From assembly GCA_019651095.1 (NCBI GenBank), contig BOXR01000001.1, positions 32,405 to 96,404 on the forward strand: a stretch of 64,000 nucleotides of DNA. The letters are read 5' to 3'. The notes beneath the pieces were generated by a model. It was not told where the DNA came from, made no database searches, and saw only the letters and a program-made list of their open reading frames with translations. The position numbers were made by a program, and so were the translations under genes. Origin of the DNA: Ectothiorhodospiraceae bacterium (lineage in GTDB: Bacteria; Pseudomonadota; Gammaproteobacteria; GCA-002705445; GCA-002716945). Shown in pieces: positions 23,007 to 34,530 of this stretch (position 1 is the first letter of the stretch; each line of letters opens with the position of its first letter).

Positions 23007-23084
23007 GCCAAATTTGAGAATATTAGGAATTAATTATTTACTTAATTTTACTTATTTTTTCACCCTATTTTATAGGGTTTTTAT

Positions 23085-24288
23085 TCAGCTTCTCTCCTGA
23101 TAGTAAGTCATCAATATCTTGGCTACTTCTTTTCTTGCAAATTCTGGGGGTAAATCTTGACCTGCAGCTAGCATTTCTCTCACTTTTGTCCCAGAAAGTA
23201 AAACGAAATCATCTTTAGAGTGATCTTCGGCATCCCTCATCATTACCACTTTGTTCAATTTTTTTGAGTAAGCTGTGTGATCAGCTTTAAAAATTTCGAT
23301 TTTGAGTGAATCTTTCACAACATCTAAATCAAATATTTCTTGCGCCTCAAATGGTTCATAATAATCACCAACGCCAGCATGATCTCGACCAACTATCAAA
23401 TGTGTACATCCTGCATTTTGCCTAAATACAGCATGAAGCAGAGCTTCACGAGGACCTGCATACATCATGTCGAATCCAAATCCAGAGATGATAGCAGTAT
23501 TCTCCTCGAAATATATTTCTACCATTTTCCTTATCGCAGCATCTCTTACATCTCCTGGGATATCACCCTCTTTGAGCTTACCCAAGAGCATATGTATCAA
23601 AACTCCATCAGCCTCTAGTCGCTCATAAGCCATTTTGCAAAGTTCTTCGTGCGCTCTGTGCATTGGATTTCTGGTTTGAAATGCAACAGTTTTAGACCAA
23701 CCAGCCTTTGTTAGCATCTTTCGTATATCTGGAGCTGTGGCAAATGTATTTGGAAAATCATGCGGAAAATAACTGTAGTTTAAGACTTCAATTGGTCCAG
23801 AAATAATATATTTACCCTGATCTTTAAAATTTTTTACACCAGGATGATTTACATCAGTTGTTCCAAAAACATTTTTAACAATGATCTCAATGTCATCGTC
23901 ACTTAGCTTTTCTACGTTATCTATTCTTTGAATCGCAATGACTGGATTGCCTTCAACATTCGGGTCTCTGAGAGCAATCTCCTCTCCATGCGTATAGTCA
24001 AGTGAGTTTGCGTCTGTTGTAATATTAACAATCGGAACCGGCCAGAATATATCATTTAGTGTCAGCATCTCTCTTGATACTTTCAGCGCCTCCTCCTTAT
24101 TCATATAACCTGTCAGCGGATTGAAGTAACCAGCAGCCATCATGACTGCATTAGCTGCAGCAGCAGAATTTATTTCAAGACTACGCATCTCGGCTGATGC
24201 AGATAACATTGATGATCTTGCCATTTCATCTTCAATGTAGAGTGTGTTTCAGTTCATTCGAGCCATGTGGCATGATCAGATTAGTCAT
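23085..24288 (-). CDS. sat: sulfate adenylyltransferase (ATP sulfurylase, Sat type), frame change near 24230-24240
   Basis: QTRNPMHRAHEEL and HLIVGRDHAGVG motifs. The true N-terminus MTNLIMPHGSNELK (ATG at 24288) is one frame off from ...LYIEDEMARSS. Confidence 0.92.
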
Positions 24289-24443
24289 ATTTGTTCACCC
24301 GCGTATAAAGTTTTATTGTTGATAATTGAGAGATAATATAATGCATTGAAAAAAATATCAAAGAAGAAATTATTCTTAGAGTATCATTTAAAGGAAATTG
24401 GGATTTCATTTTAGGCAATGTAGAAATGTTGATATGGTCTAAC

Positions 24444-24881
24444 TTAATTTTGTATCAGTTCAGTATCAGCTACATCAATAATTTTTATTTTGTACAGTAA
24501 TTCTTTCCCAGCAAACAGATGATTACCGTCAAATGTTATGTTTCTGTCATCCATCTTAGTAACTCTAAATTTTCTCTTTACACCTTTATCATTTGCAAAA
24601 TCAATTTGCATACCAATTTTCCTATACTCTTTAGGTACGTTTTCAAGTGAATCCTGGAAGATCAATCCCTCGTCTATTTTTCCAAAACCTAATTCAGAAC
24701 TAACTTCTATAGACACCTCACTATTTTTTTCTTTACCATGTAAAGCTTTTTCGACAATTGGTAAAAGGTTTGTTTCTTTACCATATATAAAGCTTACTGG
24801 TGTATCTACATTCTCTAACAAATCCTCACCTTCATATATAGAATATGTCATACTCACTAACTTATTATCTGAGATTTTCAT
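24444..24881 (-). CDS. FKBP-type peptidyl-prolyl cis-trans isomerase (SlyD/FkpB-like)
   Basis: 145 aa, VSMTYSIYEGEDLLE...PVSFIYGKETNLLPIVEKALHGK...DGNHLFAGKELLYKIKIIDV. Confidence 0.8.
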   Translation of the reverse strand: MKISDNKLVSMTYSIYEGEDLLENVDTPVSFIYGKETNLLPIVEKALHGKEKNSEVSIEVSSELGFGKIDEGLIFQDSLENVPKEYRKIGMQIDFANDKGVKRKFRVTKMDDRNITFDGNHLFAGKELLYKIKIIDVADTELIQN

Positions 24882-25034
24882 ACTCAGTTATATTAACAGA
24901 AAATATTTACTTGTTGATTAAAGAATAACTTGACATAAATACCAAACTATTTAATCATAAACTTACTCAGAGTTACTAATCAACCCGTACAAAATCAACT
25001 ACCAGATGTAATTATTTAATTTAATGGAGATCAT

Positions 25035-25358
25035 ATGAGTAATGCAATAGATATTAGTGATGATAATTTTGATTCTGAAGTTCTAGAATCAGATAAACCC
25101 GTTCTTATAGACTTTTGGGCCGAATGGTGTGGACCATGCAAAGTACTTGGTCCAGTTATTGATGAAGTCGCTGTAGATTACTCTGACAAGGTTAAATTTG
25201 TTAAGCTGAATATTGATCATAACCCTAGTAATACTCAGAAGTATGGAATAAGAGGCATTCCTACACTAATACTATTCAAGAATGGTGAGAAGGCAGATAC
25301 TAGCGTAGGTGTACTCTCAAAAAGTGAACTCTCAAGTTTTTTAGATAAAAACCTATAA
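25035..25358 (+). CDS. trxA: thioredoxin
   Basis: [10 protein letters not shown] active site in a 107-aa protein, upstream of rho as in E. coli. Confidence 0.96.
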   Translation: MSNAIDISDDNFDSEVLESDKPVLIDFWAEWCGPCKVLGPVIDEVAVDYSDKVKFVKLNIDHNPSNTQKYGIRGIPTLILFKNGEKADTSVGVLSKSELSSFLDKNL

Positions 25359-25359
25359 A

Positions 25360-26613
25360 ATGAATCTTTCAGAACTTAAACAGAAACCAGTACAAGAACT
25401 TGTCGAGATAGCTGAGGGAATGGGAGCTGACAATGTCGGTAGGTTGCGTAAACAGGACGTCATCTTTACCATACTTAAGAGTCACTCTTCAAGTGGCGAG
25501 GATATCTCTGGTGGTGGAGTATTAGAGATACTTCAAGATGGATTTGGTTTTCTAAGATCAGCAGATAGTTCATATTTAGCAGGACCTGATGATATTTATG
25601 TATCCCCTAGTCAAATAAGAAAGTTTTCACTCAGGACGGGAGATACAATTCAAGGAAAGATAAGACCGCCAAAAGAAAGTGAAAGATATTTCGCTCTTCT
25701 CAAAATCGATAACATAAATTCTGATACATCATCGAGTACAAAAAACAAAATTTTATTTGAGAATTTAACTCCCCTGCATGCAAACAAAAGATTAAGGCTA
25801 GAGCAAGGTAATGGGAGTTCTGAAGACATTTCAGCAAGATTGATTGATATTGCGTCTCCAATTGGAAAAGGACAAAGAGGGCTCGTAATATCTCCACCTA
25901 AGGCCGGTAAAACTATTATGTTACAAAACATTGCTCAGAGTTTAACCGCGAGTAACCCAGATGCTCATTTGATTGTCTTGTTAATTGATGAAAGGCCTGA
26001 AGAAGTCACTGAAATGTCAAGAATGGTCAAAGGTGAGGTTGTAGCGAGTACATTTGACGAGCCGGCAAATAGGCATGTACAGGTAGCAGAGATGGTTATA
26101 GAAAAAGCTAAACGACTTGTTGAGCATAAAAAGACGTAATTATTCTTCTTGATTCTATAACTCGTCTCGCGAGGGCATATAACACTATTGCTCCTCATCA
26201 GGTAAAGTGCTCACAGGTGGGGTTGATGCAAATGCTCTGACTAAACCTAAGAAGTTTTATGGAGCGCAAGAAATATTGAAGAAGGCGGTAGCCTCACAAT
26301 CCTTGCAACTGCACTAATTGATACTGGCTCTAAAATGGATGAGGTTATTTATGAGGAATTTAAAGGAACAGGAAATATGGAAGTTCACTTAGACAGAAGG
26401 ATCGCAGAAAAAAGAATATATCCTGCTATAAATATAAATCGTTCTGGAACTCGAAGGGAGGAACTTCTCATGGAACCAGATGAATTACAAAAAATTTGGA
26501 TTCTAAGAAAAGTACTTCATTCTATGGACGAGTTAGATGCGATGGAATTTATGTTAAATAAACTCAAATCTACCAAAACTAATTCTGAATTCTTTGAGTC
26601 AATGAAAAGATGA
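25360..26613 (+). CDS. rho: transcription termination factor Rho, three frame changes within 26128-26270
   Basis: [22 protein letters not shown]...[15 protein letters not shown]...[10 protein letters not shown]...EHKK | [18 protein letters not shown] | [14 protein letters not shown]...| [38 protein letters not shown]. The first break is in the A5 run at 26128..26132. Confidence 0.93.
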
Positions 26614-26614
26614 T

Positions 26615-27092
26615 CTAGTTTACTTTTTCTCTCAACTTTTTTTCAACGTAATCATCTACAAACATTTTAAGTTCCCCATTATGTCTTGCTATGTCTTTAA
26701 TTATAGAAGACGAAATGAAACTATATTTTTCGTCAGGACTTAAAAATATGCTCTCTATACCTGGGTTCATTGCTCTGTTTAAATTTGATAACTGGACCTC
26801 GTACTCGAAATCAGATACTGCTCTTAAACCTCTGAGCATTACTTTTGCTTCAAGCTCCTTAGCGTGCTCTACAGTTAATTTATCAGCTTAATTACATCTA
26901 CATTTTTATATTTTGATAGAACTTTTCTGCACATGTCATATCTCTCATCATATGAAAACAAAGTATTTTTTGAGTGTTAGATGCAACAGCAACTATTACT
27001 GATTCAAAGATATTTGATGCTCTTTTGACAAGATCCTCATGGCCAGCTGTTATAGGGTCGAATGTCCCAGGATATATTGCTTTGATTTTCAT
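26615..27092 (-). CDS. coaD: phosphopantetheine adenylyltransferase, frame change(s) between about 26840 and 26960
   Basis: N-terminal piece [26 protein letters not shown] and C-terminal piece [22 protein letters not shown]...[13 protein letters not shown]. Confidence 0.9.
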
Positions 27093-27685
27093 AGATTTTT
27101 ACTTATCAGAATTGTATAACTTACATCACCAATACTCAAATCTTTGATGATATCGTGCGTTTCATTGAAGTATTTCTCATACTCACTCTTGTCTTTTTTA
27201 GACTTTTCATAGTATAAATATTTATTATTTTCTAAATAATTTTTATTTTTAAGCAATTGAAAAGTCTCATCTAAAAGCGAAGTATTATACGGTGGATCTA
27301 TGAATATGATGTCATAAGGCCCTATATCATGATTTAAAAGAAATTTATTGACCATTGACTTGATTACGCTTGCACCCTCAATATTCAAAACAGACATATT
27401 TGACTTGATCGACCTTACTAAATCAATATCTTTCTCAATCAATGTTGCAGACTTTATGCCTCTTGAGAGTGCCTCAAAAGAGAGTATGCCACTACCGGAG
27501 AAAAGATCTAAGGATGATGAGCATAAACCTATATCTATGACATTAAAGAGTGTCTCTCTAATAAATGCTTTTGATGGTCTGAGGTTTGGCTTGTCTGGTA
27601 TATTGATTGATCGTGATTTATATCTACCGGATATGATCTTTAATTTATTATTCAATTGACTTGCCAACGGTAAATACTGAAACAT
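27089..27685 (-). CDS. rsmD: 16S rRNA (guanine966-N2)-methyltransferase
   Basis: [16 protein letters not shown]...[16 protein letters not shown]...[18 protein letters not shown]...FIDPPY. Confidence 0.88.
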   Translation of the reverse strand: MFQYLPLASQLNNKLKIISGRYKSRSINIPDKPNLRPSKAFIRETLFNVIDIGLCSSSLDLFSGSGILSFEALSRGIKSATLIEKDIDLVRSIKSNMSVLNIEGASVIKSMVNKFLLNHDIGPYDIIFIDPPYNTSLLDETFQLLKNKNYLENNKYLYYEKSKKDKSEYEKYFNETHDIIKDLSIGDVSYTILISKNL

Positions 27686-28924
27686 TATCGAAATCCATGG
27701 CGCGGTTCAGTGCAGCTTTTATACTATCCTTGTTGACTTGTTTTAAGTTGTTTTTGTAATTTTCAAAATAATTTAGGTCAAGATTTAAATAATTAATACT
27801 AGATATTAAATTGAGAATTTTTCGATTCGTGTCAGCTCTCATCTCAAAACTTCTCAAGATCGCTTTTTTTGTAGCAGTTATTTTAGTATCCTCAACATCA
27901 AACTTGCTAAGCTTATTAATCTGTTCACGGATTATGCTTTTAGCAAGATTTATACTCTCATTTTTAGTTTGTAATGAAATTCTTAAATATCCGCTATTTT
28001 GATAGGTAGATAAGTAACTGTATACAGAATAGGATAAACCTCTTTTTTGTCTAATTTCCTCCATTAACCAAGAACCAAATCCACTTCCTCCAAAAATATA
28101 ATTTGCCACCAATAAATTATAATAATCCGGATCCGATCTTGAGATAGCAGGAATGATGACTGCCAAATGGGTCTGAGTTGAGTCAAACTCAGTATGATGT
28201 GTAACAGTCTTAAGTTTATATTCCTCTAAAGGTTCAACTTCTTTTTTGAAAATTCATTCGTCAATTTATTTATCAGTCTTTTTGATCCTTTGGAAGTTAT
28301 GTCTCCGACTATATTAATCTCTAAGTTATCTAGATTAAAAATTTTGTCCCTATGCGCCTTTATGTCCTTTTTAGATATATTTATTACCGAATCTTTTGTA
28401 CCAACTGGCTGATGTGCAAAAGGTGTATCATAAAAAAGTTTCTCAGAAACTACAGACTCAAGAAGAGAATCTGGTTTTTTATACGACTCAGAGATAGCTC
28501 TTAGTATTTTATCTTTTTGTAAATTAAATCCTACGTCATCAATCTCGTCTGTAAATAAGCGCTGTTAAGCACATCCGAAAGCATCATGATCCCGATCCAA
28601 ATTACTTACAGATCTTATTGCAATCGACAAGGTCTCATTACTGACCGAGTATGATAGCTTTGCTCCTACATTTTCAAAATAACTAACTAGCTTTTTGCCA
28701 TTAATGTCTGAATTCATCAGAACATTTAACATAAGATTGGTTAAACCGGGCGTGTCACCATCACTTACACTACCTTGCTTGAGTGAGAGATTGACATCAA
28801 TAATTGGTAGGTTCTTTAAATTGACGTAGAGATAATCTTCATTATCTGCTAAAGACTGTATAACAGGATTAGAATTTATTGTTTGTGAAAAAAATAAGAA
28901 TGTGCCAAGAAATAATATTCTCAT
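27648..28924 (-). CDS. M16-family (pitrilysin-like) peptidase, second of a tandem pair, several frame changes
   Basis: The N-terminus has a signal peptide (28565..28924) and the C-terminal piece spans 27648..28166 (GLSYSVYSY...). The middle, 28167..28564, is readable only with frame changes. I saw no HxxEH motif, so it may be a non-catalytic partner. Confidence 0.7.
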
Positions 28925-30250
28925 TCTATGGGTCTCAAAACAGTAATCAAGGGTTTGTTCTGAGTTATGTATGATTTACCTGCTGACATAACTTCACTCA
29001 AGGTTATAGTTTCTGAAATTTTGTAGTAGTTATCTAAGTTTCTCCAGCTAATATTTTTTGTCTCTAACATTCCCACTTGCATTGCTTGGTAAAAGACAGA
29101 GTCAAATTTGAAGACATTTCAGATTTTATTCTTGCTTTTGCACTTTCTAGTTCCTCTTGTCCGATTGTATCAATTGATTCATCAGAAAATTCATTTAAGA
29201 CATGTGATATAAATTCATCAGTCGTAGTGTTCCCTCTCGGTGTTCCTCCTATAATGATGAGGTTGTCGTGCTGATTATATGTATCATTCGATATAAATGT
29301 ATCCAGTGCAACTTTTTTGAGTTTACTAAATTTTCTGTAAGACGCGAAGAGTATCCTCCATCCATTATTTCTATGAATAAATCGAGTGCATATGATTTTC
29401 TAGGGTCTTGCTCATTAAATTCTGGTTTTATAAACGAGATGAAAACTACAGGTTTTGAAACATCTCCCTGCACTTCAAAATATTCTTTTGAAATATATTC
29501 GGCGTCACTTGATATTAAATTTAATGGCTCGTCGTTTTCTATAGAGCTGTAATATTTGTTTATGTATTGTTTGACTTTATCTCTGTCAAAATTACCTGCA
29601 ATAATAACTATAGCGTTTCTAGGTTGGTAATATGAGTTGTACCAGTCTTCAAGATCTTTTTTTGTAGTCTCTTCTATGTCCTGCATTGTTCCTATTATTG
29701 GAATACCATACCTATTCATTCCAAATGCATTAATCATTATTTTTTCGAAAGTTTTAGAGACTGGATTATCATCTGTTCGAAGCCTTCGCTCTTCTTTAAC
29801 AACATTAATTTCTTTTTCTATTTGATTGTCATCCAGTTTAAGATTAATCATCCTATCTGACTCTAGCTCTATACATCTTTCTAGATCTTCATTGTGAACT
29901 TTTTGGTAATAACCAGTGAAATCTTTGCCCGTAAAAGCATTATCAGTTCCTCCCATTTTTTTGACTATAGAAGAAAATTCACCAGGCCCTAATTTATTGG
30001 TTCCTTTAAACATCATGTGCTCAAGTATATGAGAGATACCGGTTTTACCATTTACCTCATTACTGGATCCTACTCTATACCAAATACTGTTAACAACAGC
30101 TGGGCTTCTTTTATCCTCGATCAATATCACCTTAAGACCATTTTCTAAAGAGTACTCCTCTAATCTCTCAGAGAACTTTATACTTGCGTCAAGATTAATT
30201 GATACAAATAAAAACATTAAAAAAATGATTGTTTGATTGATACGAAACAT
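28921..30250 (-). CDS. M16-family zinc peptidase (HxxEH), first of a tandem pair, two frame changes
   Basis: Signal peptide, then GISHILEHMMFKG and the NAFTGKDFTGYY motif. After shifts near 29310 and 29090 the C-terminus reads ...VALDTFISNDTYNQHDNLIIIGG...SVFYQAMQVGMLETKNISW...LRPIE. Its stop overlaps the next ATG (ATGA). Confidence 0.8.
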
Positions 30251-30357
30251 ATCGCAATAATATCAAAAAATAGATTTTTTGTCTCTATAATACGATTATC
30301 TTGACCATTTTTTTGATATCAATCACTTGAAATAAGGTAATCTACAACTATAATTGT

Positions 30358-31227
30358 ATGTACAAAATGAACAAAAACTTAACAAATAGAGCGATTGCTA
30401 AAGAGGTTGCAATAGACCTAGAGTCTTCTGATGCCTTAAATTATTATCTCGCGCAGCTTAGAGAAACACCTCTATTATCCAAAGAGCAAGAAGAAGAATT
30501 ATTCTTCAGACTTCAGAATGCAGACGATATGGATGCCGCTAAAAAACTTGTTATGTCACATCTCAGATTTGTCGTGCATATTGCAAAAACCTATAAAGGA
30601 TATGGTTTGCCATTACTGGATATTATTCAGGAGGGAAATGTTGGTTTAATGAAGGCAGTGAAAAATTTGATCCAAGTAAGAAAGTCAGATTATTATCATT
30701 TGCTATCTATTGGATAAGAGCTGAGATTCATGAATTTGTATTGAAAAATTGGAGAATAGTCAAAGTTGCGACAACAAAAGCTCAGAGAAAACTATTCTTT
30801 AAATTAAGAAGTAAGAAAACCTCGTCAAACTGGTTATCGGAGCAAGAGACACATGACATTGCTTCTGAATTAAATGTTGACAGTAAAACTGTTAAATTAA
30901 TGGAAAATCGTCTCAGCGGAACGGATGTCGCATTTGATCCAGTTGAAGAAGACGACAATTCACCATCTGGGTATTTAACACAAAATACAAACCCTTTAAC
31001 AATTTTAGAAGCTCAAGACTCTGAAGATGATAATACAAAAAAACTGATCTCTGCACTTAATCAAATTGGATGAAAGAAGTCGTGACATTATCTCACAACG
31101 ATTTCTATCTGAACAGAAACCAACTTTAGATGAACTTTCAAAAAAATATAAAGTATCAAAAGAAAGAATTCGCCAAATTGAAGAGAAGTCTCTCAACATT
31201 CTCAAAGATTCAATACTTCTAGCATAA
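30358..31227 (+). CDS. rpoH: RNA polymerase sigma-32 factor, two frame changes (A5 run 30661..30665 and about 31062)
   Basis: LLSKEQEEELFFRL...HLRFVVHIAKTYKGYGLPLLDIIQEGNVGLMKAVK | KFDPSKKVRLLSFAIYWIRAEIHEFVLKNWRIVKVATTKAQRKLFF (RpoH box) ... | LDERSRDIISQRFL...VSKERIRQIEEKSL. Confidence 0.93.
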
Positions 31228-31229
31228 AA

Positions 31230-32120
31230 CTAAAGCATCAAAATATAGTGATCGGCTAATAAAGCTGCAAACAACATTGCCAGGTAAGTGATAGAAAACT
31301 TGAATAGCATCAGAGCCTTTCTGATGTTCTTAGTTATATAAAGATCATATGAATCGTATATGAACTTTCCACCGAGTAGGATAACTGATGCTAAGTAAAT
31401 ATAAGATACGAGTCCAAGTAAATATGGAAACAAAGTAATACAAAACAACAAAATTGAATAAAGAAAAATATGCAGTCTTGTAAAATCATCACCATGAGTG
31501 ACTGGTAACATAGGGATATTCGCTTTGCTATAATCATCTTTTTTATAGACTGCTAACGCCCAGAAATGTGGAGGTGTCCATAAAAATATAATGAGAAATA
31601 ATAGTAACGGAAGTTCACTGACTCCATTTGTAATAGCAGTCCAACCTAGTAAAGGTGGCATAGCTCCAGCTATACCGCCAATTACAATATTTTGCGAGGT
31701 TAGGTTTTTTAAATACACAGAATAGATTATTGAGTAAACTATTATTGAAAATAAAGTCAATACAGTGGTGATTGTGTTTACGTATTCATAAAGAATGTAA
31801 GTAGAAATAAGAGATATAACTATTGAAAAATAGATGGCATGCTTCGAAGTAACATTCCCCTTAATGAGCGGTCTACTTTTGGTCCTATCCATTATGGCGT
31901 CAATCTTCTGGTCCACTATTTGGTTTATCACTGCTGCTGCTGATGCAGCAAGATAGATTCCTATACTAGCGTAGATCATGAGACTGTAGTTCAAGTTAAA
32001 ATCTTGAGCTAGAAGCATACCAACAATGGCAGTGAAGATAATAAGAAAATTTACCCTCGGTTTAGTCAGAGCAATCAGGTCAAATATAATTGGATTAGGT
32101 GTTGATGTAGTGCTGTTCAT
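31230..32120 (-). CDS. ctaB: protoheme IX farnesyltransferase (heme O synthase)
   Basis: UbiA-family polytopic protein with NQIVDQKIDAIMDRTKSRPL, located in the cox cluster. Confidence 0.92.
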   Translation of the reverse strand: MNSTTSTPNPIIFDLIALTKPRVNFLIIFTAIVGMLLAQDFNLNYSLMIYASIGIYLAASAAAVINQIVDQKIDAIMDRTKSRPLIKGNVTSKHAIYFSIVISLISTYILYEYVNTITTVLTLFSIIVYSIIYSVYLKNLTSQNIVIGGIAGAMPPLLGWTAITNGVSELPLLLFLIIFLWTPPHFWALAVYKKDDYSKANIPMLPVTHGDDFTRLHIFLYSILLFCITLFPYLLGLVSYIYLASVILLGGKFIYDSYDLYITKNIRKALMLFKFSITYLAMLFAALLADHYILML

Positions 32121-32123
32121 TTA

Positions 32124-33126
32124 CTATGTTTTAGTAAATGATATCAAAGAATAATACAAAGCGCCCGAGATTAATGCCATTAAAATAGCTGCATTCATAG
32201 TATGCCAGACAGCAATATTTAGCGGAAGGCTATACACCACATTAGATATGCCCAAAGCTACTTGAAGCACAAAAAAGATTATACTTGCGCCTATGACTTT
32301 CTTTAAGAAACTATGCTCTTCAAGTTTAAAAATTATATATATAGTTAATAGGAAGACCAGGGTCAATATCAATGCCGTAATTCTATGAACATAATGAACA
32401 GCTACTTTAGCGCCATAAGCTAAAAAACCTCCCTCATAATTTATATCAGGTAGGTTTATTAAATTAAACGCCCCGTCAAAAACCATTTCTTTTGGATACC
32501 ACTGATCGAGACATTTTGGAAAGTCAGTACATGCCAGTGAGGCATAATTTGTGCTTGTCCATCCACCTAGCAGAATTTGTATGATCAACAGAGACCATGT
32601 AACAAACACCATTCACAAGTGCATATTTAGGTAGCTTATTTTGTGAAATATCTATCTCGGCATACTTGAGACCATTAATAAAAAGTAATGTTGCTGTTAA
32701 CATTCCAAAAAATAGATGGGTTGTAACTATAGTTGGTTTGACTAGCATTGTAACAGTAAGCATTCCCATTATTGCCTGAATTATTATTAGTACTGATATC
32801 AGTACTGGAAGTATGTAGTTTTGTTTTGAGTATTTAATTGATATGTAAGTGATGAAAAAAACATATAAACCAAGAATACCCGCAACATATCTGTGTAACA
32901 TCTCTCTCCATGCTTTTCCTATGTCAATATTAGCACCAGGATAATTCTCTTTAGCTTTAGCAAGTTCATCAACTGTATCAGGCGTAGTCAGAAGACCATA
33001 GCAACCAGGCCAATCTGGACATCCAAGTCCAGCATCAGTTAGTCTTACCCAAGCCCCAAGCGATATCACAAAAAGTGTAAGGGCCGCGCCTAGAAAACTT
33101 AATTTCGATATCATTGAATTATCCAT
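32124..33126 (-). CDS. ctaA: heme A synthase (Cox15/CtaA), frame change near 32525-32610
   Basis: GAWVRLTDAGLGCPDWPGCYG at the N-terminus. The two overlapping ORFs join into one protein of about 330 aa. Confidence 0.88.
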
Positions 33127-33129
33127 AAT

Positions 33130-33636
33130 CTACCTCTTTGAGAATTTAAGTAACTTCTTGATGTCCTTAAGCAAACCTTTTGCAATAAAATCATTTTCGT
33201 AGCCTAGTATGATTTTACCAAAAGGATCAGCAATAAAAATTCTCTCATCCATTTTAGTGAGTTTATTATAGAGGGTTTCTGATCTATCTAAAAGAATAAC
33301 TTTTGGATAGTTATCTAAATAAACTGTATTCTCATTAGTGTTTTTATGAAGTAGATACCGTTTTACTCTACCCATATCTTTACCAAGAGCTGTGTTGATC
33401 TGTCTTAACATATGCATGTTATCCTGGCAGCTTGTATCGCACTTACCATCGATCACTTGAAGAATAATCCAGTGATCATTATCTGCCAAACTAGCTATGG
33501 TTACCTCATCAGCTAAAAAAGATCCATGATTAGTCGTACCTCTAGTGGTAGTTGCGTCATTATCGAAAAAGTATTTTGCAAATATAAAGGGAAGAACAAA
33601 TACAAATACTATCAATAGAAACTTAAGTTTTGACAT
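33130..33636 (-). CDS. membrane-anchored hypothetical protein of the cox biogenesis cluster (thioredoxin/Sco-like features, CxxxC)
   Basis: N-terminal TM helix, CDTSC motif, and a C-terminal IFIADPFGKIILGY strand motif. It lies between SURF1 and ctaA. Confidence 0.5.
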   Translation of the reverse strand: MSKLKFLLIVFVFVLPFIFAKYFFDNDATTTRGTTNHGSFLADEVTIASLADNDHWIILQVIDGKCDTSCQDNMHMLRQINTALGKDMGRVKRYLLHKNTNENTVYLDNYPKVILLDRSETLYNKLTKMDERIFIADPFGKIILGYENDFIAKGLLKDIKKLLKFSKR

Positions 33637-34303
33637 TTTTTTTCCTATTCAAAAGTATTAAAAAAATAATGCCAATTAAAGCAAACAAAAACCATTGGCC
33701 TGCATACATGTAATGTGTGAGATATTTATTTTCAGTCTTCTCTTTTATTTGTATGTATGAATGATTGCTGTTTATCTCCAAGTTTAAATAAAATGGATAG
33801 ATTTCTTTTTTTAGAATTGAAGATATTTCATTAATATTTAGATTCTGTATTATAAATGGTTTTTCATTAGTCATATTAACTCCGCTTAACTCCAAGAGTC
33901 TCATTGGATATTTTATATATCCCTTTATTTGTTGGTCAGATTCAGGAGTTAGAATCTCTGGAAATTTTTGTCGTGAAAAGTTGTCAACCCAGCCTCTATT
34001 TACAATAATGATCTTATCCTCAACCAGAAATGGTGACATCACAAGATATCCGGCTTTTTTATTATGAACAATATTATCAAGAAGAAAATATGGTTCTAGA
34101 AAAGTCCCTTCAGCCATAATTTTAGTGTATCTTAAAGGATTTTTTTGTACTTCTTTTAGATCTAAATATTCTTTTGATAATTGATTTTGATAATCAGTTT
34201 GAATACTGAGTTTTTGATCTGCTCGATCTAACTGCCAAAAACCTAAGTACACACAAGTTAAAATTAGAAAAAATAGGATCAAGTTTTTAAGTATATTTTT
34301 CAT
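33623..34303 (-). CDS. SURF1-family cytochrome oxidase assembly protein
   Basis: N-terminal GFWQLDRADQK and VNRGWV motifs with TM helices at both ends. Confidence 0.88.
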   Translation of the reverse strand: MKNILKNLILFFLILTCVYLGFWQLDRADQKLSIQTDYQNQLSKEYLDLKEVQKNPLRYTKIMAEGTFLEPYFLLDNIVHNKKAGYLVMSPFLVEDKIIIVNRGWVDNFSRQKFPEILTPESDQQIKGYIKYPMRLLELSGVNMTNEKPFIIQNLNINEISSILKKEIYPFYLNLEINSNHSYIQIKEKTENKYLTHYMYAGQWFLFALIGIIFLILLNRKKNVKT

Positions 34304-34323
34304 TCTAGTGATAACATGTTTCT

Positions 34324-34524
34324 ATGTTTAAATTCGCGATTATAACTCTTCTAATCCTAATAATATATAATCTTGTTATGGGCTTTGTATACATTCTAAA
34401 AGATAAATCAAGCTCTAACAGAGGACTTGCTTCACTGAAAACAAGAATAGTTTTGTCTGTATTACTCTTTGCATTGTTAATAGTAGGATATTATATGGAT
34501 ATGATTAAACCGAATAATTTTTGA
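34324..34524 (+). CDS. twin-transmembrane-helix small protein (DUF2909-like)
   Basis: 66 aa with two TM helices, in the position typical between coxC and SURF1 in proteobacterial cox clusters. Confidence 0.6.
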   Translation: MFKFAIITLLILIIYNLVMGFVYILKDKSSSNRGLASLKTRIVLSVLLFALLIVGYYMDMIKPNNF

Positions 34525-34530
34525 TATCAA

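Noticed and set aside
23062-23078. The hairpin accctat-ttt-atagggt between sat and aprM as an intrinsic terminator
   Set aside because: The T-run follows the hairpin only on the plus strand, whereas both flanking genes are transcribed on the minus strand. The stem is only 7 bp. At most it is a processing or attenuation element, so I did not call it a feature.
24333-24361. A sigma70-like promoter for sat (TTGATA-N17-TATTAT on the minus strand)
   Set aside because: The match is plausible but not distinguishable from chance in a spacer this AT-rich, so I did not list it as a feature.
24538-24921. Long antisense or alternative-frame ORFs in the track, for example 24538..24921, 4638..4982, 42275..42631, 42699..43037, 63537..63881 and 22371..22694
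   Set aside because: Each lies entirely within a strongly conserved gene on the other strand or frame. Their translations are low-complexity and I/L/F/S-rich, as expected for shadow ORFs in AT-rich DNA. None has a ribosome-binding site or a recognisable motif.
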